The notes below the pieces were generated by a model. That model had not been told where the DNA came from. It saw only the letters and a list, made by a program, of their open reading frames with translations, and did not search any database. This document shows positions 49,770 through 60,989 of a stretch of DNA of 64,000 nucleotides, one piece after another (within the stretch, counting starts at the first letter, position 1; each line of letters starts with the position of its first letter). The position numbers and the translations under genes were made by a program. The stretch is taken from NCBI GenBank assembly GCA_021613535.1, contig CP075494.1, positions 4,464,001 to 4,528,000 of the forward strand, read 5' to 3'. The stretch comes from Adineta vaga. Its lineage: Eukaryota > Animalia > Rotifera.

Positions 49770-52477
49770 ATGTCGTCTCTTTGGAATCTTAAATGGTTAT
49801 GTTTCTATTTTCTCTTTACCCAACAATACATACAAAATGTTCAAGGAATATGGCCTTCATCAAATCCATCTTCAATTCAACTGTTGAGTATCTTACAAAA
49901 TGGAGTACATATGACTGATATAAAATCATGGTTTTATCAAACTCGTGCAATGTTTTATTCGGCAATCTTACTTTCTCAACAATATGGTATAACCATTGGA
50001 GGAGAATATCTTGGCTGGCGAACCGTCGTAACAACAGGTAGTCCTATGAATGCTCTTCGTACTACATGCGAAGCAGTATCAACTTCGAATATAGTTGGTA
50101 TTATTGGACCATCTTCCTCGAGAGAAGCTCATGTACTTGCACCATTTACTGAAGATATTGATATTCCAATTATATCTTATGCTGCAACTGATCCTGAACT
50201 ATCCGATCGAAAAACATTTTCAACATTTTATCGTACAGTTCCATCGGATACTGATGCAGCATTAGCTATGGCGAAACTTTTTCTGAGATTTAATTGGGCC
50301 ACATGTATCATTATTTATCAAAATGATGCATTTGGAAGTGGAGGTGCGAAAGCAATTAGTGAAACATTTACACAAAATAAAATAATTATTACAGAGATGA
50401 TTGTTTTTGATATGGTTACATTGACAATTCGAGGTGATTTGAAAAGTATTTTAACTCGTAGTTTAACACGAACTGTGGTCTTATGGGCTGATTCAAATTA
50501 TGCAACATTAATTTTACATAATGCACTTCAATTAGATGTTGTCGGTCCACAATTTACATGGATATTAGGTTCAGATGTTCCACTAACAGCTTTTGATGAT
50601 AAATGGCATGATAAATTAATAGGTATGTTAACAATTGGTCCCGTTGTAGGAAATGTTGCAAATGCACCTATCAATCGAACATTATTGAATGATGCGTATG
50701 ATATTTGGCAAAAATATGAACCTGAATCATTTCCTGGTCCAAATAATGTAGATAATTATGCATTATTTGCGTTTGATGCAACATGGGCATTGATTCAATC
50801 ATTTGCACAATTATGTTCATCAAAAGATTTATCGTCATGTATTTCATTTACAAATACATCATTTTGTTTTGATCGACGTGCTTTAAACATTCATTCCATA
50901 TTTGATATAATCAATACAAATATATTTCTTGGTGTCTCTGGTCCTGTTCAATTTTATGCAAATGAAACGAATCGATTGAATGGAACGTATTATATTGTTC
51001 AAAATGCTCAACATTTTTCAGGCAGTTCAAATTATGTTCCAGTTTTAGTTTCTTCTGATTCAGCAGATTGGACACTACATGCTCAAACAAATACGATCAT
51101 TTGGCCTGGGCAAACATTAACTAGTCCATCAGGTTATGCCGCAATCAATGGTGTTACATTACGAATTGCAGTGATAGAAACTGCGCCATTTACGATGGTT
51201 AGAGAGATTCGTGATGCATTCGGAAAGACGACAACGAAATTAGTTGGATATGTTCCAGATTTAATTGAGCGTTTACGAGAAAAAATGGGATTTATTGCAA
51301 ATATAACTGTTTTACCAACTAGTCAAGCATATAATGAATTGGCAGATGCAGTAGCAAATAATGTTTATGATATGGTTGTTGGTGATGTTACAATAATGGC
51401 ATCACGAAGAGAAAAAGCAGCATTTTCCGAAGCCATATTTGATAATTCATTACGTATTATTGTTCGACATAAAGCTCAAGAATTTATTCCACGTTTCGCT
51501 TTTTTAAGACCATTTCCAAAATAACTTTGGTTGCTTATTTTCGGTTGCCTTGTATGTTCAGCTATATTACTTTTTTTTATGAAGGTCCTGCACATACTGA
51601 CTTAAGACATCTACCATTGGTACCTCGTGCGGCAATGAGCATATGGTTCGCAATTGGTACACTTATTGGATATGGTGTAGATTTTCATGCAAAAACAGCT
51701 GCGGGACGTATCTTAACTGTTGGAGTATATATTGTCAGCGTTGTTTTAATTTCAGCATATCAAGCAAATTTAACAGCAAATTTAACTCTTTCAAAAGCAC
51801 AAGATTTTATTTCAGGAATTGATGATATTAAAAATGGTAAACTACCTATCAGTCGAGTTGGTATTATCGGTGGTTCGTCGCTTGAAGATTATTTTCTTCG
51901 AGAAATTAGTGGTGGAAGTCGAAATTATTATCTATTGAAATCTAAAGAAGATATGTTTGATAAATTATTAAATAAAGTTATCGACGCATCTATCATGGAC
52001 GCAGGAGTTCTGGAATATGCAGTAAATGGTGTTTACTGTAATTTGACAGTAGTTGGTACTGGTTTTGATCATAGTGCATTTGGAATTATTTATCCAAAGA
52101 AATGGTTGCATGAACAAATTCTAGATGTAACGATATTATCCTTACGCGAATTTGGAGTATTTGAGGAATTAAAAAGTAAATGGTTTCAAACAAATTATTG
52201 TGCAGATTCATCAGCACAGAATTCTTCCGATTTACCATTTGAGTCTCTGGCAGATTTATTTATTGTTTTCGGAGTTATCAGTTTCTGTTCAATCATAGTA
52301 TTCTTATGGTATAAACGATGTTGTTTTGTGGGACTTCTAAGTAAGAAGAGACATCGAACAAGCGATAGTGATCCAATGATACTTCTAAGTACTACACCAA
52401 ATCTTTCTTTCTCTGCTCATGTACCTTTCACTCGACCACGTGCTCTACCATTGAATGATAGCTTTTCTATTCGATAG
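49770..52477 (+). CDS. Ionotropic glutamate receptor, AvGluR1 type with K+-filter signature; disrupted in M1 (TAA 51522-51524 and 1-nt deletion in T-run 51571-51578)
   Basis: ANF-like ATD (IIGPSSS, ISYAATDPELSD) and S1 (APF...DMVVGDVTIMASRRE). Pore loop GTLIGYGVD; M3 AYQANLTANLT; S2 and M4 follow. Intronless. Confidence 0.9.
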
Positions 52478-52604
52478 AACTGAAAGTTATGTTTTTTTTC
52501 TCCAAATAAATAGTTTAAAAAAAGAATAATATTTCAATTTATTCATAAATCATTTTCAACGGACTTCGTATTTCTTTTAATACGAGGGACGTCCATCGTC
52601 ATAG

Positions 52605-52660
52605 TGAGAGTGGGTGAGCATGCTGGATAGCTGAAAAATATACACACCCACCCACTCTCA
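52605..52660. repeat. Hairpin element with a perfect 12-bp inverted repeat of telomere-like sequence
   Basis: TGAGAGTGGGTG (52605-52616) ... CACCCACTCTCA (52649-52660). Confidence 0.75.
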
Positions 52661-52802
52661 AGATGATTCACCCGTAAAAGATCACACTCATTCTTCTTCC
52701 TATCTTCTTCTCTAGACGTAACTATATTTAAATTAATATTTTATTTTGTTTTGTTTTGTTTCAATAAGTAACAGTAAGTTCTCAACCAAATCAATGATAA
52801 TT

Positions 52803-54232
52803 TCAAACATTATCATCACATTGACATGAATGAAGGTTACCATAAAGACGAGCAAGACGACATTTAGCATTAGTACGTTTTTCGTAAGAAGCACCATTAA
52901 GGGCAAGTCGACGAACACGACGTGTGCGATCATCTAAATCACCCATTGTAGGATCATACCAATCGCGACATTTGTTACATGTTTGACAAGCAAGACCGGC
53001 GCAAGAAAGTGAAGTTTGGACAATTGTTTTGATCGTACTTGGTCGCTTTTCTAAAAGGAAATGTTCATTGCTTTTTTTATTCAAACTAAGAGTGACAGAA
53101 TTATTACTTATCATTCATTTCGAAACATTTTTTTCTTTTGATTTTTATCATCTGATTGAAAGTATAGCATATCATCAATGAACTTACCAGTATTTTGTTG
53201 CACTGGACGATCATTTGGTTTGTCTATTGATTTTTGAACTTTTAACTTCAATCCATTCTGTCCAGTACTTTGTTGCTCTTTGTTGTTTTGTTGCACAACA
53301 CGTATATTTGCTTCTCGTATCGCCTTCTCATGTACTTCTTTTAATCTGCGCATTTCGTTTTGATGTTCAGTATCGCGTCGTTCTTGATCTTTTTTAAAGA
53401 GTTTTTCCTGTTCATGTACCCGTTCTTGAAGTGTTTGTGCTTGTTCACTCTGTCGCTCGATAAGACGTCGCATGCTCTCATTTTCATTGCGTATTTCAGC
53501 AAACATTTTGTTATATATTATTTGTTGTTCTAGAATTTGTTTCTTATACATATCTTTATTTTGTTGAAACTCTTTTTGAAGAGTCTTGATTAGTTCTTTT
53601 GCTTCGCGTACATGTACACTTTGGATATCAATATCTTGTTTCTTTGAATGATTATGTGCAGTTCGTTCAACGATAGCTTGTAAGAGTTTATTGTTTAAAC
53701 TTTCTCTTTCGGATACATTTTTCTTGTCAATAGTATCGAGGAAACATACATTTTGGCATGGCACTTTAATCAGTTGTTCTAATAAGACAATGGCTTCACC
53801 CTCATAATTTTCAGGACGGTCTTTTGCTAATGAATTCACGACGAGTATGAGTGAATCGATATCAAATGGGTAGGCTTTATTAAGCGCATTAAAAGCAACA
53901 ATATCTTCATCTCGAATTCGACCATTTTGTTGTCCAAAAACATAGATTACAAGTGATGTTGGTCGTTCCTTAAATGCTTTGTCTATTTCACGTTTATTCA
54001 TGTCGACACGCTGTTGATCAGCTTCGATAAGACCAGGTACATTAAAAATTGCATAGATTTTATCACCCATGCAAACTTCTTGAAACTCTGTCTCAGTTGT
54101 CACTGCTCGAGCAGCGTAAGCATGAGCAAATATATCTTGACCGAGTAAAATGTTAGCTAAAAAACTTTTCCCAACACCAGAATTACCTAAAATAATTAAA
54201 CCATAGGACTCATTCGATAATGATGATGCCAT
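52803..54232 (-). CDS. AIG1/GIMAP-like P-loop GTPase + coiled coil + Cys-rich tail (intron ~53052-53187)
   Basis: G1 GNSGVGKS, G2 AVTT, a deviant G3 (NVPG instead of DxPG), and LVVN. A Q/E/K-rich coiled coil follows. The second exon CAGLACQTCNKCRDW...CQC joins in phase. Confidence 0.8.
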
Positions 54233-54785
54233 ATCTCTAAAAAACACAATAATTTTAGAATGTAAGAAAATTTCATCGAAACATTATTTGACATGTAAAA
54301 TTGAATCAAATCAAGCGACGCATATGCGTATTGTATCTTTTTTTAATGCGTTCTTTACCAACTTCTCCTATTTTATATTTGTCTAGAGTAATATTGACTA
54401 ACCGAACTTTTCTTTCTTTTCAAAAAGATAACGCATTCATTATACAATATGCAACTATCATCCGAAAAAATACTCGGCGTATTTCTGTTATCAGTAACTC
54501 TTACTTGCATGTAAAATGTAAATGTTTTAAATAAACTGTTATTAAATAAAAGAATAGTATTCATACGCATAGATTTATTCACACCTTCTATCAAGGCTTA
54601 TATATAGAGAGAGAGAAAAAAGCGCAAGGAGTAGTTCATCTATCGACTCCAATATCCACATGAATTGTCATTACAGTTGCTATTGGTCGAACATTCACAG
54701 CTACCATACTATACGCTGGTAAATTACCACATGACTATAGTCGAATAAAAGCAAAATATTTCATTAAAAAATTAATAGTATTGTC

Positions 54786-55437
54786 TATAGGTGGCGGAAC
54801 ACCTTCATTTTAGGGGAGGCTAACGAAGTTGAGAACGATGATGAGAAAAACGATACATTTTGTTTCTTAATCTCTCGATAAACAAAGCTTTCACAAGATA
54901 TGGATCGTAAGCTTGAAAGAAGATTTCCTATCCTACTTCGCAAAGTGATACGCTACAAGACTTTCTGATGCCAGGCAAAAATGATTCAGTCGTACATGCA
55001 ACGAAAACAGCGCGCCCTTTACGCATGAAAACTATATATTTTGAAGAGTAAAGGTATTTTTCTCGAGTGACAACAAAATAAACCGATGAGAATAAATGCT
55101 TCTAAACTTGCTCGTCGTGGAAGAAAATTTTTTTATGATGTTAAAATGTTTGTTTTTACGTATTATAGTGTTTCATTTGTTCTTTCTTCTGTATGTCAGT
55201 AGACGAAAAGTAAAAAAATCACTGAATTTTATTCGTCACTTCATTCTTTGTGGTGTTGTCAGGATTAACTGTAACATGATTTATGACTTCTGATAGCGAT
55301 CGTCGGCGAACGTGACTAAATTTTGAACTTTTTTTGAAAAAATACTATTTATTCGGTGTCTCATGATGTTCTTAAAGCTCTCTAGAAAATAGACACCGTT
55401 TTCAAACTCCCCAAGTCTAATGGCTCCGCCGCCTATG
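54786..55437. mobile_element. Non-autonomous hAT-like DNA transposon (MITE), 652 bp
   Basis: Left end TATAGGTGGCGGA; right end (reverse complement) CATAGGCGGCGGA; 11/13 match. Perfect 8-bp direct repeat GTATTGTC at 54778-54785 and 55438-55445. No transposase ORF inside. Confidence 0.82.
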
Positions 55438-55443
55438 GTATTG

Positions 55444-55811
55444 TCATAGATATACCTTTGAAGGAGTACACCATTGTCTCCATCCATCTTTCAAACGAAG
55501 TTGCATTTTATCATTTTCCACCTAATTAATATTCGTATGAAAATTACAAATGTATTATACAAAAAAAGTAATGAAATTACCCAGAAAACAGCACCATCAC
55601 ATTTTCCTGATCCTTTCAAATTAGTTCTATGTTGGTAACTCATTGTTCCACAATTCAAACTGGCAAGATTACAAACTGTACCATCGATTGAAATTCTTGC
55701 TGTAGGTATTTTAACATTACCACCAATTTCACCCGGTAGATAATCATTCGAACAACGAACATGCCCAGCATCGACTGAGAAAAATGCCAGCAAAACAAGA
55801 ATTAAAAACAT
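55444..55811 (-). CDS. Small secreted Cys-containing protein (~102 aa, 2 exons)
   Basis: Signal peptide MFLILVLLAFFSVDAG. Exon 1 ends ...CDGAVFW; exon 2 is VENDKMQLRLKDGWRQWCTPSKVYL-TGA. Confidence 0.7.
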
Positions 55812-56298
55812 AGAGAAGCTACTTCAGAAAATAAATGTATAATAGTCGCAAACTTCCACATCATAAAAAAGAATATTTTGAGATACAGTTGATATTTAAA
55901 AAAAGTACTGAGAAATCCTAAGTAAATATAAATTTGTTCTTTTCTTTCGTTTATATATGAAATAGAAATGCGAAATTGATTTTATGGATTTGGCATAAAT
56001 AGGTATAAAAAATTCAAGAATGTAATTGATATTTTACTAACTTCATTAATTCAGTTGCATTCTAATTCATCGATCATATCATAAACAACATTCTCCTATT
56101 CGAATGAATGCACTAACAGTTTAATGACTAAATAAAAATAAAAATGCTTTCAATGCAGGAAATGTCACACTTGTAAGAAAAATGAAAAATCAGTTAGTCA
56201 TGTATCATAAGTAGGTAAAATTGAAAAAAAAACTAATTTACTAATAGAAAGCAAATACATTTTCATCCACAGTGTAATAACAAAAACATTTTATTCAT

Positions 56299-57518
56299 AT
56301 GAAGTTTCTGTTTTTACCAGCAAGTCTGTTGTTTATTTTTGTTCATAGTATTCCAATTCAAAATGATGTAAGTATCTTACATGACACCCTCTAAATAGTT
56401 ATGTAAATCTCTTTAATTTAGTCTTCTGATGGAAGCAGAGAAATATCTCCAGAAACAATTGGTAAATCTATCAATGTTATGTTTCACATACTCAATCATA
56501 TTTGATTTTAGGTGAACATTTCGAAGGCGATATGATTTTTCTACCAATGTTAACTCCAGTAAGCAATGGAACTATTAAAATTGTTTTGATAAATATGTTC
56601 ATTTCATTGTGTCTGCGTGTGTGAAAAGCGTGATGCAATTGCTCAACGTCAAATCAATCGATGGCCAAATGGAATTGTTCCTTATGAAATTGATTCATCG
56701 ATTAGTTTGTCTTCTATATGATAATCTCTCTAATAAAACATTAAAATTATCTTTTAGGTGAATCACATACGTCTCTTATTGTGAAAACAATGCGACTCAT
56801 GGAAAATTTAACAAAAATCAATGATGCATTCTGTACTCAATTTCGTCCAAAGAATTCATTGGATGTTAATTTTATTCGAATTCAAAATGGAACAGGTTGT
56901 TCAGGACCTGTAATTTGCAAATTGAATGAATTTGATCTTATATAAATTTAATTTTTAATTCAGGTTGGAGTCTGGACAAGATCGAATTCATCTCAAATAG
57001 TAACTTTGATGCATACTAATCGTCAAACTTGTATGACATCTGGAATTATTCAACATGAATTAGGTCATGTTTTAGGTTTTATGCATGAACAATCTCGAGC
57101 TGATCGAGATATTTATGTTTCCATTCAATGGAATAATATTTTATCAGGTAAATTTCAATAATAGACTATAGATTGTATCCATCTTTTATTAGATCACACA
57201 TCAAATTTTAATAAATATTCTTTCGATACGTTTAATATTTCATATGATTATGGTTCGATAATGCATTATGGACAATATGCTTTTACAATTGATTCAAATC
57301 TTTCAACAATTATTCCAATATTGAATAAAAGTGCAATTATTGGACAAAGAAGTCAATTAAGTCAATCTGATATTCGGAAAATTCGACAATTTTATGGTTG
57401 TATACCGACAATTCCTAATCAGCTGCAAACAATTGCAAATGTAAATGTAACGAATGGATATTCTTATTTAAAATGGAATATCTATTTAATTATCATCATG
57501 TTATTTTACTTGCAGTAA
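56299..57518 (+). CDS. Second astacin metalloprotease with hydrophobic C-terminus (possible GPI/TM anchor), multi-exon
   Basis: Signal [55 protein letters not shown], and tail [14 protein letters not shown]. Confidence 0.88.
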
Positions 57519-57694
57519 AAAGGAAATAAATCATCGATCTCATATGTCATAAAGACAAATTATTTATGACTACAATTTCAAAAAGAAAAATACTCTTGAT
57601 TAAAAGGATTAAAGATGAACAGTATAATTTCACAATCATACATACACTCGAGAAAAAAAGATTTGTTTTGAAAAAGCATTGATATTAATGAAAA

Positions 57695-58671
57695 TTATTT
57701 TGTATTCTCTGCAGTTTTTGTACTAAATGGACAAAGTAATTTCATTAGACGTTCATCGTCTTTGCATCTAGAAATTAACAAAATAAGAAGACAATAAAAT
57801 CTTCAAACATTTTACATACGCAATAAGAAATTCGTCTAGAGTTAATTTTGTATCCTTGTTTCCATCCGCTTTCTTCATAATCTCCTCAGCACGCCTTTTA
57901 GGATCGTTTATACCTGTACGATTTTTTTCACCCAATAGATTATACTAAAATGGAAAATATAAACATTAACAAAAAAAAGAGATATCTTTGTACCATAGCG
58001 GTAAGTAATTCAGTTAGTTCCTTTTCATCAATTCCGTCACTGCCTAATGTATCATACCTTAAGCAAACAATACAGAAATGTTATAAAAGATACTGCGATA
58101 GACTTACATATGAAAAATAAGTTTCAATCGTTCGTCCGTTTTTCCCTGAGTGGAAAAATCAATAATTTGAAGAAATTCTTCAAAATCGATCACACCATCT
58201 TTGTTTTTATTAAACAAACCAAATACGTAACTTTAAAACAAACTTAATTAAAAAGAATATGTAGTCAAGAAATAATATTACTTGCAAAAAGCCTCCGATC
58301 TTTTGTCGTCTGATATATAGTATTTCCGAAAGATTTCAATAAATTTTTCTTCTTTGAGTTTATCACCCTGGCAGTCACGAACAAAACCCTGAAGAGCAAA
58401 TAAAAGAAATAATTACTTTAGAATATATTTAGACATTTACTTTATGCCATTGTCGAATTTCTAGATAAATAGAATAACAATATATTAATCAATATACGAA
58501 ACAATACTTCACTCGTATACCTTTTTCTGAGAAATTTGTATTTTTTTTTAAATTATTAATATCTACCAAACAAAAATATATCGATCATACAGTGAAAATA
58601 TAAAATAAGCAATAATTCAAACCATCTTGAGTGAGTTCGGTATACGGTTGTTTTGGTGTTTTGTTTCCCAT
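57695..58671 (-). CDS. Neuronal calcium sensor (recoverin/hippocalcin family) EF-hand protein, 7 exons; absent from the ORF track
   Basis: Spliced protein: [43 protein letters not shown]...VFGLFNKNKDGVIDFEEF...ERLKLIFHMYDTLGSDGIDEKEL...ADGNKDTKLTLDEFLIACKDDERLMKLL. N-terminal MG (myristoylation-type). Confidence 0.9.
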
Positions 58672-59138
58672 AAATTATGATAAAATTTCGTTTAAATCGT
58701 AAGATTATGCTGACAGTAAGACGAAGAATAGTTGAATATTTATTTTTGTTTTTAAATCATTCAATACAGGACAGAATGGAAACTAAACGTGGTATGTATT
58801 TCATGGCTTATAATAATACATAAAAAGGGAAAAAATGCTTCTTTACATGGTAAATAACACAGTTCTGTTTGTTATGCTGCTAACGAAACAAGTACTCACC
58901 GTCTCGTCATGGTATTATGGGTTTCTTCCCATTTAAGTATTAACTTTTCTTCTGTGTATTGATCTGCAAAGAGAAAGCGAGTTTCCTTGTAGTTGTTTGC
59001 GAAGAAAAGAAAGCTTTCGATTGATTTCGTCTTTGATGAAAAATATTTTGTAATAGTAGGTGCTTTTTTTTAGTGAACTGAATTTATTCATACATATATT
59101 TTACGAATAGCAAAAGCATTTGATTGTCTGTGAAAGAA

Positions 59139-60857
59139 ATGGCTTGGGGATTTTGGGATTGGATTATATGTAATACTCTTATTGGTTTCGCTATTTTTCT
59201 ATGTGTTGCTCTTATTATGGGATTTATTTTGTGGAAATTTGATGCAGCATTTTATAGTATTGTTGCCAAACTTTTCAATATAAAACGTTGTGTTATTGAT
59301 GTCAATCATCGAATTATTACGAAAAATAATGCGATAGACCGTGCAAATGCTCGCATGAAAAAAGTTGGTTCATTCGTTAGCAAGTTATGTAGTTGTTGTG
59401 TAAAAACTATTGAAAATCCATCTGTAGACAAACGTGTTACTGGTGTTCCCATCGGTGATATGTCATCGACACTCAATGAGAAATTTTCCACACTTGTGTC
59501 GCCAGTACCAGAGTTCGCGAATGCAAAGAAAAAGAAAAATGACTCGAACAATTCTGAAAATGACGAACAGCCTGATGGAAAAGAATCATTGGAAGAAGAT
59601 GACGAGGAAAATGAATCGAACAGTTGCTGTTGGCCTTCAAAAGTTGGTGTAGACAAATCAAAAGAAACAAAAGAAACAAAGTCATCAAATATGGAAACGG
59701 ATATCGCTCCAGATCATGTGGGACATCCTGAACATGAACGAGAAATTTTGGATGTTTATGGTAAATATCTTATTTTGGAAAAACCAAGAAATAAAGTCTT
59801 AATTTTCACTATAACTGTCACAATTATTGCTTCTGTTATTCTTGCTGGTTTTCAAACTTGTTTCTTAGCTAATGTTACAGTTTATGATGATGGTCCATGT
59901 CCTAGTTTTGGTACTATGGAATGTTTTTTTGGTGGAAATCATACTTATTTTCAATGTACACCTGATAAATCAATTAGTTTAGGGTCTTTCGCTAAGACGG
60001 CAACATGTTTTCGTTGGATTGGACGTGATATAACAATTTCAGATATTATGACACAAATTGGTGCTTGTACAGGATTATTAGTTGCTTTAGGAGCTGTTAC
60101 TGAAGTTTTTATACGTTTTCTACTCTTTATATTTCAACAACGTCTTGGTGTAGCAACTGGTATACGTCGTGTTATGGAGAAAACAGTTGGGATAAATCGA
60201 GTTACTCAACCATGTAACTGTTGTGGCCATAAATTATGTTGTCATTTTGGTATTCTTAATCTACAATTATATGAACGTCCGTGGCTTATTGTATTAGTTA
60301 TTATTCTTTATGTTTCCTTACCAGCACTCGTTGTGGCTTCTATTATCTTAATGATCTATTTTCGAATTAGTATAACAGCTTTAACATATATTGTTCTTAC
60401 TGCATGCATACAAATTTGTTGCCTTGGTTTACTATGGATTTTATTTGCAGAAGATGAAATTGGACGAGTCGTACCTGGTGCTTGGCGAGATGTGAATGAC
60501 ACATTTAGGTCCATGGGAAATTCTTTTCATAAAGCTTCACCTATTCTTAAAAAGATTTTACCAGAAGAAGAGTTAGAAAAATTGGAAGATTTTTTTAAGA
60601 ATTCATTTGGAGAGATAAACATGTATGCTGAAAAGTTCAAACATATAATTGAAGCAACTAAAGAACTGTCCAAAGAATTCCCTGAAGAACTTCAAAAAAC
60701 AATTCCTGTAGAAAAAGTTCAACAACTGGTACAAACAGCCAGAGCTATATTTTCAACAACTAAAAATTTTCCATTACAAGGCTCTGCCGAAGAGATACGA
60801 GCGAGAAAAGCAGCCGAAAAGTCCCAAGACGTTGGTAAGACTCCTCGTAAATCTTAA
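59139..60857 (+). CDS. Multi-pass membrane protein of unknown function, intronless
   Basis: About 572 aa open frame with ~5 hydrophobic helices, an acidic low-complexity linker, a four-Cys loop, and a helical C-terminus. Confidence 0.75.
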   Translation: MAWGFWDWIICNTLIGFAIFLCVALIMGFILWKFDAAFYSIVAKLFNIKRCVIDVNHRIITKNNAIDRANARMKKVGSFVSKLCSCCVKTIENPSVDKRVTGVPIGDMSSTLNEKFSTLVSPVPEFANAKKKKNDSNNSENDEQPDGKESLEEDDEENESNSCCWPSKVGVDKSKETKETKSSNMETDIAPDHVGHPEHEREILDVYGKYLILEKPRNKVLIFTITVTIIASVILAGFQTCFLANVTVYDDGPCPSFGTMECFFGGNHTYFQCTPDKSISLGSFAKTATCFRWIGRDITISDIMTQIGACTGLLVALGAVTEVFIRFLLFIFQQRLGVATGIRRVMEKTVGINRVTQPCNCCGHKLCCHFGILNLQLYERPWLIVLVIILYVSLPALVVASIILMIYFRISITALTYIVLTACIQICCLGLLWILFAEDEIGRVVPGAWRDVNDTFRSMGNSFHKASPILKKILPEEELEKLEDFFKNSFGEINMYAEKFKHIIEATKELSKEFPEELQKTIPVEKVQQLVQTARAIFSTTKNFPLQGSAEEIRARKAAEKSQDVGKTPRKS

Positions 60858-60989
60858 TAAGAAATCTATGGCATTTTTCTTTTATTATATTTATGTAATA
60901 AGAGCTTAATTTCTTTAAATATATTATTTCAATATAAACGTGTGATATTGTTTCTTTCTTTGTCAAAGATTAACTTACTTGAAGATTCT

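Noticed and set aside
9802-51524. Stop-codon reassignment or readthrough as the explanation for in-frame TAA/TAG
   Set aside because: Intact genes here end on TAA/TAG at natural C-termini (acyl-CoA oxidase ends SKL-TAG; astacin and SatP end on TAA). The affected genes also carry frameshifts.
52581-52595. TACGAGGG mariner-like terminus (also TACAAGGGGTGTG at ~1289)
   Set aside because: No matching inverted partner was found, so no element can be delimited.
55096-55487. ORFs 55096-55293 and 55281-55487
   Set aside because: They lie within or across the MITE and the neighbouring gene's last exon; no coding signature.
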